From Mobula hypostoma (taxonomy: Eukaryota), in the NCBI RefSeq assembly GCF_963921235.1, contig NC_086097.1:76758001-76822000 (forward strand): DNA of 64,000 nucleotides. The letters run 5' to 3'. The position numbers were made by a program, and so were the translations under genes. A model generated the notes under the pieces. That model ran no database searches. It had not been told where the DNA came from and worked only from the letters and a program-made list of their open reading frames with translations. Every line of letters starts with the position of its first letter. Position 1 is the stretch's first letter. Of the stretch, positions 25,790 through 39,444 are shown piece by piece.

Positions 25790-26370
25790 TGGGATGTTGT
25801 GTTGAAGTTGTCTCAGACGCTGGTGAGGCCTAATTTGGAGTATCGTGTGCAGATTTGCTCACCTACCTATAGGAAAGATGTAAATAAGATTGGAAGAGTG
25901 CTGAGAAAATTTACAAGGATGTTGTCAGGACTGAAGGACGTGAGTTATAGGGAAAGATTGAATAAGGTTGGGACTTCATTCCTTGGAACATAGAAGATTG
26001 AATGGAGATTTGACAGAGGTATACAACATTATGAGGGGTATAGATAGGGCAAATACAAACAGGCTTCTTCCACTGAGGTTGGGTAGAGATCATGGGTTAA
26101 GGGTGAAAGGTGAAATGTTTAAGGGGAACATGAGGGGAAACTTCTTCTCTCAGAGTTTGTGAGAGTGTGGAACGAGCCGCCAGCACAGGTGTTGCATGTA
26201 AGCTCGATTTCAATGTTTAGGAGAAGTTTGGATAGGTACATGGATGCCTGGGGTACTGAGGGCTGTGGTCTGGGTGTAGGTTGATGAAACTAAGAAGGTT
26301 AATGATTCAGTATGGACTAGATGGGCTGAAGGACCTGTTTCTGTGCTGTGGTGTTTATTAATTATATGAC
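25790..26370 (+). mobile_element. CR1 LINE 3' fragment
   Basis: LVRPNLEYRVQICSPTYRKD; LHSLEHRRLNGDLTEVYNIMRG. Confidence 0.85.
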
Positions 26371-26859
26371 TATGAAATCCATTTCTCTTGATGTTCCACT
26401 TTGCTCATTGTTTGGCAGAAGTCATGGTCAGTTGTTTCTTTGGGTAATTTTTTCTGTACCTGCAGCAGCAAATTTATACAGGAAGTTTGCCAGCCAACAT
26501 GCACAACGGATTTTTCATTTTTCTCAAGTAAGTAGATGAATGGAAACATACAGAATAACATTCATTTCCAGAAAACAATCAAGTTAAATGTTATTTTGGG
26601 AGGTGCGAGTTGTAACTTCTTTTCTGTTTTATATTTGTTTTGATGTTTTTTTTTACTTATGATGCATTTTCTGCGGCTTTTTATTCAAGCTAAATATAAA
26701 TAGCACATAATAACCATTATTCTGACAAGCCATGATGAAATGTACCATCTTAACTGTTGACATTGCAATTAAAACATCAGAAATGACCGAGAAAATTACT
26801 ATCACTGATTTACTTGATGATAGTGTAAGACCTTGAACTAGTGCTGCATCTATAAAGAT

Positions 26860-27510
26860 ATTTTACAGATCCTGCTGGAAATCCAGAGCAACCCAAAATG
26901 CTGAAGGAACTCAGCAAATCAGGTAGCATCCATGGAAATGAATAAACAGTCGACGGTTCCGGCTGAGACTTTGCATTGGGACTAGAAAGGAAGGGAAAGA
27001 AGCCAGAATAAGAAAGTGGGGGAGAGGAACGAAGACAAGCTAGAAGGTGACAGGTGAAGCCAGGTGGTGTTGTGGGAAGGGGAATGAAATAAGAAGCCAG
27101 ATGATAGGTGGAAAAGGTAAAGGACTGGAGAAGAAGGAATCCTACAGGAGAGGAGAGTAGACCATGGGAGAAAGGGAAGGAGGAGGGGCACCAGGAGGTG
27201 GTGATAGGCATTTGAGGAGAAGAGAAGATGTAGGAGGGGGGCTAAAGTGGGGAATTGAAGGAGAGGGAAGCAGGAGGTGGACAAGTTACTGGAATTTGGA
27301 GAAATTGATGTTTATGCCTTCAGGTTGGATGCTACCCAGATGGAATATGAAGTGTTGTTACTCCAACACCTGATGAGAGTGGCCTCATCGTGGCAGTAGA
27401 TGAGGCCATGGGCTGACATGTCAGAATGCGAATGGGGATTGGGATTAAAATGATTGGCTACTGGGAAATCCTGCCTTTAGAAGACTGAGTGTAGATGTTC
27501 AACAAACGAA
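26860..27510 (-). mobile_element. Penelope-like pseudo-LTR fragment (similar remnants at ~4655-4760, 23810-23940, 36520-36670, 44845-45170, 48375-48645)
   Basis: Same terminal motif and purine-rich body as 14450 and 24750. Confidence 0.75.
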
Positions 27511-28524
27511 CTTTCTCACACTCATTCTACCTCATAAATTAAAATGTGAATTAGAGTGCCCATTGTTTATTCAATTATTATTACTAAACAAAGGTGTCGG
27601 ACTATTGAGTTTATGTACTATAGTTGTTATACAGAGCACAAACTCAACCTGGATTGCAAAAATCTGGCACTGCTTACTTATCTATGAATTCTCCAAAGGC
27701 CTATGTGACATGCTGCTCTCATAGTTGTGAAGTTGCTCGTACAGTCCATCACTGCTTCTCTGCCGGTCATACCGTTATGAATGTTATTGCAATAACCAGG
27801 CAGCTTTCCAAATCATAATATGTACAACTTGGCTGATACTTCACTGTCACTGAACTTTATTCCAATGCAACAATGAATTATAATCAATAAAATATAGTGT
27901 CAGTCATTATCAATTCTCAGTTCTATTTCTTTGAAGTTATGAGGATCAGAATCAGTTCTAGAATGTTAAACATACCAGCAATAAAGAGATTCTGATTTCA
28001 CTAACAGATTTTATATTGTTTTATGATCATATTCCATGTATTCTTAAGAGGAGCTAACCAATTGGAAAGCCTGTCATCTTGATTGTTTGTGCTTGCTGTT
28101 GTACTACTTCTGATGTAAGGTAGCTAGATGTAAGTTACTGCTCAGATCTTGGTGACTTGATCTTCCCACTCAGAGATGCTCCTGGTAGTCTCCCTGTGCT
28201 CAGACTTGCATGGTCCAGATTGGATGGGCAGTCATGTGGGACTGAAATAACCCAGCCTCAAGTGGCACAAACTTGGCACTGGCAGCATAGTAAGAATGTG
28301 CTACTCTTGAAACTCCTTGAGAGTCTTTGACAATTAGATATGTGTTGGCCCTGTCTCTACCAGCTACCTGAATCACAATGAGTAAGATATAAGTAAAGAT
28401 AAATAAAATTGAAGCTGTTTTCTTTTCATTTGTAATTATAAACAAATAATGTCTGCAATACTTGTAAATAAAAATATTAAATGAATACAAATATTATTAT
28501 GGCAATTACAGAATGGTGGGCTGG

Positions 28525-30232
28525 AAGTACTCAATGAATATTTTACTTCAGTATTCAGTATGGAAAAGGGTCTTGGTGATTGCAGTGATAACTTGCAGCG
28601 GACTAAAAAGCTTGAGCATGTAGATATTAAGAAAGAGGATGTGCTGGAGATTTTGGAAAGCATCAAGTTGGATAAGTTGCTGGGACAGGATGAGATGTAC
28701 CCCAGACTACTGTGGGAAGTGGGGAGGAGATTGCTGAGCCTCTAGTGATGATCTTTGCATCATCAATGGGGATGGGAGAGGTTCCGGAGGATTGGAGGGT
28801 TGAGGATGTTGTTCCCTTATTCAAGAAAGGGAGTAGAGATAGCCCAGGAAATTATAGACAAGTGAGTTTTCTTCAGTGGTTGGTAAGTTGATGGAGAAGA
28901 TCCTGAGAGGCAGGATTTATGAATATTTGGAGAGGTATAATATGATTAGGAATAGTCAGCATGGCTTTGTTAAGGGCAGGTCATGCCTTACGAGCCTGAT
29001 TGAATTTTTTGAGGATATGACTAAACACATTGATGAAGGAAGAGCAGTAGATGTAGTGTATATGGATTTCAGCAAGGCATTTGATAAGGTACCCCATGCA
29101 AGGCTTATTGAGTAAGTAAAAAGGTATGGGATCCAAGGAGACATTGCTTTGTCGATCCAGAACTGGCTTGCCCACAGAAGGCAAGGAGTGGTTGTAGATG
29201 GGTCATATTCTGCATGGATGTCGTTGACCAGTGGTGTGCCTCAGGGATCTGTTCTGAGACCCTTATTCTTTGCGATTTTTATAGATGACCTGGATGAGAA
29301 AGTGGAGGGATGGGTTAGTAAGTTTGCTGATGACATCAAGGTTGGGGGTGTTGTGGATAGTGTTGAGGGCTGTCAGAAGTTTACAGTGGGACATTGATAG
29401 GATGCAAAACTGGGATGAGAAGTGGCAGATGGAGTTCAACCAAGGGAAGTGTGAAGTGGTTCCTTTTGGTAGGTCAAATATGATGACAGAATGTAGTATT
29501 AATGGTAAGACTCTTGGCAGTGTGGAGGATCAGGGGGATCTTGGGGTCCAAGTCCATAGGACGCTCAAAGCAGCTGCACAGGTTGACTCTGTGGTTAAGA
29601 AGACCTACGGTGTATTGGCCTTCATCAATCGTGGAATTGTATTTAGGAGCCGAGAAGTAATATTGCAGCTATATAGGACCCTGGTCAGACCCCACCTGGA
29701 GTACTGTGTACAGTTCTGGTCGCCTCACTACAGAAAGGATATGGAAACCATAGAAAGGGTGCAGAGGAGATTTACGAGGATGTTGCCTGGATTGGGGAGC
29801 ATGCCTTATGAAAACAGGTTGAGTGAACTCGGCCTTTTCTCCTTGGAACAACGGAGGATGAGAGGTGACCTGATAGAGATGTATAAGATGATGAGAGGCA
29901 TTGATTGTGTGGATAGTCAGAGGCTTATTTCCAGGGCTGAAATGGCTGCCACAAGAGGGCACAGGTTCAAGGTGCTTGGGAGTAGGTACAGAGGAGATGT
30001 CAGGGGTAAGTTTTTTACTCAGACAGTGGTGAGTGCGTGGAATGGGCTGCCGGCAAAGGTAGTGGAGGTGGATACGATAGGGTCTTTTAAAAGACTTTTG
30101 GATAGGTACATGGAGCTTAGAAAAATAGAGGGCTCTAGGTAAGCCTAGTAATTTCCATGGTAAGGACATGTTTGGCACAACTTTGTGGGCCAAAGGTCCT
30201 ATATTGTGCTGTAGGTTTTCTATGTTTCTATA
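28525..30232 (+). mobile_element. CR1 LINE ORF2 reverse transcriptase, 5'-truncated, with 3' tail
   Basis: QHGFVKGRSCLTSLIEFFE, DVVYMDFSKAFDKVPH, SGVPQGSVL, KFADD; tail tttctatgtttcta; several stops and frameshifts. Confidence 0.92.
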
Positions 30233-30339
30233 TCAATGGTCAAGAAATTATTGGAGAAATTTCTTAGCAATAAGATTTACTCACATTTAGAAAACCATCT
30301 CCTTTCAGGGATAGTTAATATGGCTAATAGTTAATAGTT

Positions 30340-31265
30340 AATATGAGAAAACACACCCTTGTCTAACGCCTCTCTTGATTTTTGTAAACTGACTCACTTC
30401 TCCATCTATTCTTACAAGGGCAGTTTGTTCCCAGTACAGATTTCTGATTAGGCGGAGGTCTTTCGAATCTAGATCTAGAATTTTCTGGAATATTTCAAAT
30501 AACTTATTGTGCTTCACTTTATCAAATACTTTTGTGTAGTCGATAAAACAAACAAATCTTTTTGCACTTGAATAGCTCGTTCTGATAGTATCCTTAACAT
30601 CAATATTGTGTTTCTTGTACCTTTGTCTTTCACAAAACCACATTGTTCTTTCCCTATTTCAGCTTGTATCTTACATTTAGCTCTTGTCATCAAAATTCTT
30701 AGAAGTACCTTGGTGATATGACTCATTAAACTTATGGTCCTATGTAATTCACATTCTATTGCTCCAGGTTTCTTAGGAAGAGTGATAAATACTGAATTTT
30801 TTTTTTCAACTCTTCTGGTATTATTCCAGTCTCATAAATGTCATTGATTAAATCAGTAAGTTTTTCAATTCCATAATCTTCAAGGGTGATAATTTGTTCT
30901 ATTACTAATTCATCAGGACCTGCTGCCTTTCCTTTCTTCATCCTATTTATTGCATTATGAACTTCAGATTTTAAAATACTTGGACCTTCAACGTTTTTCT
31001 TCATTTCTAGTTTTTTGCCTCGATCGTCTTCAAACAATTCCTGAATAATCTCATCTTTTTCCATGATAATGGTACCGTCTCTTGCTTTCAAACATCCACC
31101 TGAAGAACAGAGGAGCTTTTTACTAGTGATATTCTTGATTTGTTGATGTAACCTTTTTGGATCAGAATGTATGGTGATATCCAAAAAGGAGGAGAATCCT
31201 AGCTGCAGGCTGAGAATAAACGGGGAAGACATAAAACAAGTACACAACTTTTGCTACTTCGGATT
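30340..31265 (-). mobile_element. RTE/BovB-clade LINE fragment with an inverted piece (31163-31263 on +)
   Basis: KAAGPDEL, SLMSHITKVLLRIL, FIDYTKVFDKVKH, GVRQGCVFS on minus; ECMVISKK...LRINGEDIKQVHNFCYFG on plus. Confidence 0.8.
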
Positions 31266-32164
31266 CATATATTGACTTCAATCATCATCGGGGTAAAAAG
31301 GCAGATTATCTTCCCTGGAGGTTATTAGTGAAGAAAGTTGTTTTATTATAGCAACCTGGTAATTTTACGCTTATTCTTACTGAGACTAGGTTACTGACTA
31401 AAATTCCAAGTTTACTTCATGACTTGAATTTAAGTTCACCAGCAGCTGCGGTAAGATTTGAGCTCATGTTTTCATCAAAGGTCCGGAACTTTGATTTTTA
31501 ATCCGTTGACATTACCACCATTACCATTCTACCTCAATTTTCGAAGAACATCATTTTCCTTTGCCTTCTAATCTTTTGCCCGACAATCTGCTTGGAAATC
31601 ATTGAGTATCAGATCATGTTCTGGATCTAGCTTCCACGAGAAGGTCAGCAGCCAAGCAACCTGGCCAAAACAGCCTTCTGAATTTATCAGTAAGCTTGGA
31701 GTTTTAACTCTAATGATATCAGCAGCTAAGTCTCTTGCCAACTGTGACTAAATGGCAAAGTACTGGCATTTCCAATCACTATCCAGCCTATTGTGCCTCT
31801 CTAAACCAAGACTCTGGCTACTTTGAAGCCCTAGGAAATCCAGGCCAGTGCAAATATCCCACTCTTCACTTCCTGTCTGCTGTATGTAAGCAGAAATATT
31901 CTTGGGATTTTAAGGCAGCAGAAAATGAAGATGATATGAGACTGTATAAAATGGTCAAAACAAGCACTGAAGCCAACTATTTTAGTCACTGTGAAAATCA
32001 CTTCCCTGGCACTAATTCACAGCTGTTTGTAAAATTATCTTAAAATCACTTCTTCCACAAATAATTGGGACAAACAAAGAATGGTAAAGAATAGATTAAA
32101 TTATTTGGAGGCTCTATTGCCATTTATCATTAAAGAGAAAAGAAGAATAGAAATAGCCAAATAT

Positions 32165-35100
32165 AAACTTCAAAGTTCATACTAAATTTATTATCAAAAA
32201 ACATATTGTATCTGTCACCATATACTACCCTGAGATCCATTTTCTTGTGGGCATTCACAGTAGATACAAAGAAACACAAATGAATCAATGAAAGACCACA
32301 CACAAAATGGTCAAAACCAATGTGCAAAAGACAACAAACGGTGTAAATAAATAAATAAATAAATAAACAAGCAATAAATATTGAGAACGTGAGATGAGGA
32401 GCCCTTGAAAATGAGTCCATAGGTTGTGGTAACAGTTCAATGATGGGGTGAGTGAAGTTGAGAGAAGTTAGTCCCTTTGGATCAAGAGCCTGATGGTTAG
32501 GGGTAATAACTGTTCCTGAACCTGGTGGTGTGGTTCCTGAGGCTTCAGTACCTCCTTCATGATGGCAGCAGTGAGGATGGTGAGAGTCCTTGATGATGGA
32601 TGCTGCTTTCCTGTGACAGAGCTCCATACAGATATGCTCATTGGTGGGGAGGAGTTTACCCATGATAGATTGGGCTGTACCTACTACTTTTGTAGGTTTT
32701 TCTGTTCAAGGATATTGGTATTTCCATACCAGGGTGTGATGCAACTAGTCAATAAATTCTTCACCACATATCTATAGAAGTATGTCAAAGTTTTAGATGA
32801 CATGCTGAATCTACACAAACCACTAAGAAAGTAGGGGTGCTGCCATGTCGCCTTTGTAATGGCACTTACATGCTGGTCCCAGGATAGAACCCCTGAAATT
32901 ATAACAGCAAAGAACTTAAAGTTGCTGACCCTCTCCACTTCTGATCCCCTGATAAGGACTGGCTCATGGGCCTCCAGTTTCCTCTCCTGTAGTCAATAAT
33001 TAGCTCCTTGGTCTTTCTGAAATTGAGTGAGAGTTTATTGTTGTGGCACCACTCAGCCAGATTTTCGATCTCCCTCCTATAAGCTGTCTTGTCACCACCT
33101 TTGATTTAGCCAATGACAGTGATGTCACCGGCAACTTAAATATACAGCATTGGAGCTGTACTTAGCCTCACGGTCATGAGTATAAATCTATTAGGGCAGG
33201 GGGCTAGGCACCCAGCCTTGTGGTGCACCTGTGCTAATGCTGATTATGGAGGAGATGTCGTTGCCAATTTAAATTGACTGAGGCCTGCAAGTGAGGAAAT
33301 CAAGGACTGAGTTGCACAAGGAGGTATTGAAGCCAGGTCTTGAAGCTTATTGATTAGTTTTGAGGGGATGATGGTATTGAATACTGAGCTGTAGTCAATG
33401 AAGAGCATCCTGATATATGTATCTTTGCTGTCCAGATGCCCAGAGTTGATTTAAGAGATGACACCTACTGTTGACCTGTTGTTCCAGTAGGCAAATTGGA
33501 GTGGATCCAAATTGCTTTATCAGGCAGGAGTTGATATGTTTCATTACCATCCTCTCAAAGCACTCCATCACAGTGGATGTAAGTGCCACTGGATGATAGT
33601 TATAGAAGTGGGATAACACATTCTTCTTGTGTACTGGTATAACTAAAGCCTGCTTGAAGCAGGTGGGTACCTCAGACTGTCAAAGTGAGAGGTTTAAGAT
33701 TTCAATGAACACTTCAGCGAGTAGATCAGCACAGGATTTTAGTACTCGGCTAGCAACCTGTCTGGGCCAGATGCTTTCTGTGGGTTCACCCTCCTGATAG
33801 ATGCTCCCACATCGGCCTCAGAGGCTGAAATCACAGGGTCCATGTGGCTGTGGAAGGTCATGAAGGTGCCTCCATGTTTTGACAGTCAAGCGAGCATAAA
33901 AGGCATTGAGCTCATCTAGGTGCGAAAACTTGTTGTCACCTACATATCTTGGTTTAACTTGATAACATTTAAGCCCTGCTACAGCTGACGAATATCCTTC
34001 AATGATTCAAATTTGGTCTGGGATTGCCACTTCGCATGTGAGATGACTTTCTGGATGTCATTCCTGGATCGCTTGTATTTTACTAGGTTGCTAGAGCTGA
34101 ACTCTACTGATCTGGCCCTCAACGGATTGTGAATCTCATGGATCATCCAGGGCTCCTGGTTGGAGAAGACTGAATGATTTTGAGGGGAACACACTTACCT
34201 ACAGCTATTTTATAAAGTCCGTGACAACTGTGGCAAATTTGTTTAGATCCTTTGAAGAGTCCTTGAACACAGCCTGGTCCACTGAATCGATACAATGCAA
34301 TAGCTGCTTCTTGGGCTCTGCAATCACTTCTTTGTTGTCCTTACCTCTGGTGTCTTCCTCTTTAGCCTCCACCTGAATGCAGGTAGAAGGACAACCAGAT
34401 GATTAGGTTTCCCACAATATAGTCTAGGGATGGAAAAGTAAGCACTTCTAATTGTAGTATAACAGTGGTCGAGTGTGTTGGGACCCCTGGTGCTGCAGGT
34501 GACATGTTGATGATTATCGGGGAGAGATTTCTTCAAGCAAGCCTGACTGAAGTTCCTGCCAATCATTTGGAAGGCATCTGGGTAGGCTGCTTCTTGTTTG
34601 CTGATCATGTTATTCAATACATCAAGTGCCTGCTTAACATCAGCCTTTGGTGGAATGTAAACTGTGGTTAGGATCATGGAGGAGAAATCTTTAGGTAGGT
34701 AGAATGATATGCACTTAATCATCAGATGTTTCAGGTTGGGGAAACAAGGGTCTGGCAAGCTCACTGTTCGAGCACTATGAAGAGTTTATCATGAAACACA
34801 GACCACCTCCTTTTGCCTTCTCCGAATCAGCAGTCAGGTCCATCCAGTGTATCAAGAAGCCCTTGGGTCTTACTGATGTATATGGTGTGTGTGGGGTGAG
34901 CTATGTGTCCGTAAATACAGCAATCCCTCATTTCCCTCCGATGAAGCAATCTTGCCCTAGGTCCTCAATCTTGTTCTCCAGCAACTGTACATGTGCTAAC
35001 AAGGTACTCTGTAGAGGAAGTTTCATACCCTGGTGTTTTAGTTTGGCTGTGAATCCTCCCCTCCTCTCCTCTTCCAGCCATGGTGATGTACCTTTGTCTG

Positions 35101-35302
35101 CTTAAAGGTTCCATACCTGCATTTCTTAGAGTTAAATCCGTTGAGTCCTTCAGAAGATCGTGAAATTTCTAGTTCATTAAGACAGTTCAAAAGTACATTA
35201 CTTAAAGGGAAATTACAGGCTTCAGATTGCAGTGAGAGTAGTTTAGAAGTTTTGTAAGCTGCCTGTAAAGCATCATAGTGTTTCATCAGTGCCATCTTGA
35301 AA
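32165..35302 (-). mobile_element. Near-full-length degraded Rex1/Babar LINE
   Basis: 5' aagatggc; endonuclease (VYIPP, TRGPNTLDHCY); RT (YHPVALTSTVMECFERMV); tgaactttgaa tail. Confidence 0.85.
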
Positions 35303-35606
35303 AATAAATATTCTGTAAAAAAGAAAATGCAGCCCATCGTTAAAGTTTTTTAACATATTTGAAGAAAGTGAACCTGAAGTACAAAGAATAAAACTGTAAA
35401 ATATTTTAAACCAATATAGTGAAGATGCTGGAAAATAAGTGACAAGAGCAGCAAAATGAGGTGAGGAAAAAGATTCTTTTTCATTGCAGTGAGTGGGTTT
35501 TGGATGCACTTTCAAAGGTGGTAGTGGAGGTAGATTCAAGTACAGTATTTGTATGGGAGTTGGATAAACATCCTAAAAGAAAGAATTTGCAGGTCTCTGA
35601 GGAACA

Positions 35607-36300
35607 TATTAGATTAGATTAGATTAGATTAAATTAGGTTATGAGGACACTCAGTCCTCGCTTATTGTCATTTAGAAATGGATGCATTAAAAAATGATAC
35701 AACATTCCTCCAGAATGATATCACAAGAAAACACAGGACAAACTAAGACTAAAACTTACAAAATCACATAATTATAACATATAGTTACAACAGTGCAAAG
35801 CAATACTATAATTTGATATAGAGCAGACCATGGGCATGGTAAAAAAATGTCTCAAAGTCTTGATAGCCTCATCATCTCATGCAGGCGGCAGAAGGGAGAA
35901 ACTCTCCCTGCCATGAACCTCCAAGCGCCGCAAACTTGCTGATGCAGCACCATTGGAAGCACCCGACCGCAGCAGACTCTGAGTCCGTCCGAAAACTTCG
36001 AGCCTCCGACAAAGCCTCTCTGAGCACCATCCTCTGTCGAGCGCTTCGACCCCACCCCAGCCGCCGAGCAACAAGCAAAGCCGAGGACTTGGGGCTTTCC
36101 CCCTCCGGAGATTCTGAACCACACAGTAGCAGCAGCAGTGAAGCAGGCATTTCAGAAGTTTCACCAGATGTTCCTCCATGCTCTTACGTCCATCTCCATC
36201 AAATCAGGATTGTGCACAGCACCCTACTTGACAAATAACAGACATCCACCACAGGAGTGGCCGCTGCGAGCTGCGTCACGCTGCCATCTTCTCCTCCCTC
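35607..36300 (-). mobile_element. CpG-rich non-coding retroelement with (CTAAT)n tail (non-autonomous, Rex/L2-like ends)
   Basis: Minus strand starts gaagatggcagcg and ends aaatgacaataag...(ctaat)n; no protein motif. Confidence 0.6.
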
Positions 36301-36771
36301 CCATATGGGGGATGAAATGAGATGTACTCCTTATACTTGAACCCAATGTGGATTTGACATACTGAGTGGTGGCCCTGCCTGCTGTAAATGCTCTGATGTT
36401 GTGAAAAGAGAAATGCTGGAAACAATAAGCATCTAAATAACTAGTATGTCGCTCTAAACCAATATAATCCCTGAAGTCAGAAGAATGGCCCACCCACAGC
36501 AAAGAGCAGACATTAAATAGTAAGCAAGAGAAAATCTGCAGATGCTCGAAATTCAAGCAACACACACAAAATGCTGGAGGAACTCAGCAGGCCAGGCATT
36601 GCCTATGGGAAAGAGTACAGTCGATATGTTGGGCTGAGACCCTTCAGCAGGACTGGAGAAAATAAGATGAGTTATTAAATAGTATGTTTGTTTAAAGGAA
36701 CAGGGTCATCAACAGAGAGTATTCTGGAGGACTGGGACAATTTCAGAGCCTTTTAAAATAGTGGAGAGTAA

Positions 36772-37262
36772 AGGCTGATTTATACTTGTGCGTCAATTTG
36801 ACGCCGTAGGTACAGCATCGCTGCGAACCCTACGCAGATCCCTACGCCGTAGCCTGACGTGCACCTCTCCCAAAATGTAACTATGTGTCACAGCAACGCA
36901 GACCGCAACAACTGTGATTGGTCCGCTTGGTAGCATCGCATTTCCTCCTACGCTGCAATAGCTTCCCACTGGCCGACTTAAGGGCAAGGAAGGAACTCTG
37001 GCTGCAGTGCTTTCCATAAAGCTTTACAGACCTCCGAAATTATGGAGGACACATTTCGCTTTTATGAAAAAAGATGCTCACTTTAAACTTGTTTACCCTG
37101 AGAAAGACTACCATGACCATGAAGCCTTTCACGGGCAGGTGTGTGCACATACACGACATGCCCGAATTGCAGAGCGACGCAGACACACCAACGCGCAAGA
37201 ATAAATGCTCGCAACTTGCATAGATTACTGCGTCGAGTTGACACACAAGTATAAATCAGCCT
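36772..37262. mobile_element. PIF/Harbinger-type MITE (491 bp)
   Basis: ~33-bp TIRs aggctgatttatacttgtg(c/t)gtcaa..gacgc; TAA duplication at 36769-36771 and 37263-37265. Confidence 0.85.
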
Positions 37263-38416
37263 TAACAGTTTGTGAATCAGAGATGTCTTCAGATGTACAA
37301 AATGGTCTTCAATCTGAAATGTTAACATCTTTCCACTGAAGCTGTCTGAACCATTGAATTCTTCCAGCATTCTCTGTTTTTGTTTTTCCATCAATGGGAA
37401 GCTGAGAGAAATGAGCAAGAGTTAAAAATAGTGCCAGAGATACCAATGAGACTGAAAGCCAATTAATGCCAAGGATCTGATAACACGCTGTACAGCCAAA
37501 AGTTTTGAAAGAGCTATCTGTACTGATGGTGGATACATTTGTTATCAAATTACAGAATTCCATAGACTCTTGAATAGTTCTCATAGAATGGAAGTATCAA
37601 ATATTATCCCAGTGTTTAAGAAAAGAGGGAGAGCAAATCATTGAACTGAAGACCAGTTAGAGGACGAATATTAGTATCAGGGAAAATGCTAGAATTTACT
37701 ATTTGCCAACTGGATACAGGGCATGGTAAAAAATAATAATTGGGCAGACTCAACATAGGCTCTTGGCATTGTACCTGGCAGGATAAGTAGGTGGAGCCAG
37801 TGGATGTAGTGTAAGTACAGCAGCAATGAGGAAGGCAAAAGTCGCAAGAGGATTTGAGAGCAAGTGTAAAGACATCTTATTGCAATTTTATTGGTTTCTG
37901 ATAAGACCCCCGGAAAATTGTGTGGCAGGTTTTATCTTGCTGCAGAAAAGATGAACATGAAATAGAGAGTGTACAACAATAGTTCACCATATTGCTTCAC
38001 AGAAGCGGTTTTCCCCAATGTTGAGAAAGTAAGAAGGCTGAGCATAAACTGTAAATTCAAGGATTTGTGGATGTTGGAAATCTGAAGTAAGGACATAAAC
38101 TGCCTGAAATACTCAACAGTCAGATAACATCTGTGGAAAGAAGTACAGAATTAAAGTTTGAGATTAATGATCTTTCAGCAGAATTCAGATATTTTCCTGA
38201 GTTTAGAAGAATGAAATGTGATCTCATTAATAATACACAGAATTCCTACAGGATCGACAGAGTGAAAGCATTGATGAAGTATGACTACTGGTTATACTTT
38301 GTCCCATTGGGTCTAAATACCCTTCACTGAATATTTCCTTAAAATGTTTATTTACTTGAAATTTTGTTCTTGCCAGCTACTTAATGTGAAATATTTTGGT
38401 ATTTTTATATTTTAAG

Positions 38417-38622
38417 CTGGTGCAACTGTGGAAAAAGTTACCGTCGATAGACTCCGTTTCTTTCGAGTGGAGGAGACCTTTGCAGTCAAGACGGGAAAGT
38501 GGTACTTTGAATTTGAGGTGGTGACAGCAGGAGAAATGCGTGTTGGATGGGCAAGACCAGCATGCAGACCTGATGTAGAGCTGGGTGCTGACAGAAATGC
38601 CTTTGCTTTTAATGGCTGTAAG
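38417..38622 (+). CDS. RYR3: RYR exon 10 in window (206 bp; SPRY2)
   Basis: ttaag|CT...AAG|gttggt; [58 protein letters not shown] is RYR3-like. Confidence 0.93.
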
Positions 38623-39102
38623 GTTGGTATATCTCCTGATATTACCTATGTTATATTACCTATCAACTTGTTTAAGATCTAAGTTTTGGTTTAGTTTTCA
38701 GATAAATAATGTTTGGAGCAGAATATTCTTCAGCTTAATTCATTTATTGAAGCAGGTTTAAGAATTATTCCCCAGGCATACCCATGCTCTCACAAACTAT
38801 TTACTTACAGTTGTTAGGTTCCATTTTAGAGGCCCAAATTCCAATTCAAACTCTAGTTAAAGTGTTATCCTCCTATCTTCCTTACGGTATTATTGTTTTT
38901 ATTAATGATTGTCGAGGAGTAAATATTCAATTTCCTATTAAAAGGCTTGGATATTAAAGCATAGGTATTTAGCAAGATAAAATTTTGACCTGAAGTACAT
39001 CAAATATTGCCTGTTCAAAGGTTAGATATTGAATCCTAAGTTTTCAGCAAGATAAAATACAAAGACCTAAATTCTCATACAATAAAATAATCTGATGTTT
39101 TA

Positions 39103-39444
39103 CGAGGGGTGATTGATAAGTTCGTGGCCTAAGGTAGAAGGAGATGAGATATTAACTTCAAACTTACTGCATAATCACTCAAAGAGTTGAACTGCATGAA
39201 CATGTAACGAGAGCTGTATCACTCATCTCCTTCTACCTTAGGCCAGAAACATCAATCACCCCTGCTGTGGACCACTTCTAGAGGTCCAAGACGCCGACTT
39301 CTACAAAGAAGGGATCCGTATGCTCCACGACCGCTGGAATAAGTGTGTAAATGTAGGAGGGGACTATGTTGAAAAATAAATGTGCTAGGTTTTCTAAAAT
39401 TGACTACTTTTACCTTAGGCCACGAACTTATCAATCACCCCACG
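39103..39444 (+). mobile_element. Mariner deletion derivative
   Basis: TIR cgaggggtgattgataagttcgtggcctaaggta, TA flanks, transposase C-terminus FYKEGIRMLHDRWNKCVNVGGDYVEK*. Confidence 0.88.

Noticed and set aside
29285..30142. 285-aa ORF as an active or domesticated gene
   Set aside because: It is the C-terminal piece of a 5'-truncated CR1 ORF2 with upstream stops and frameshifts.
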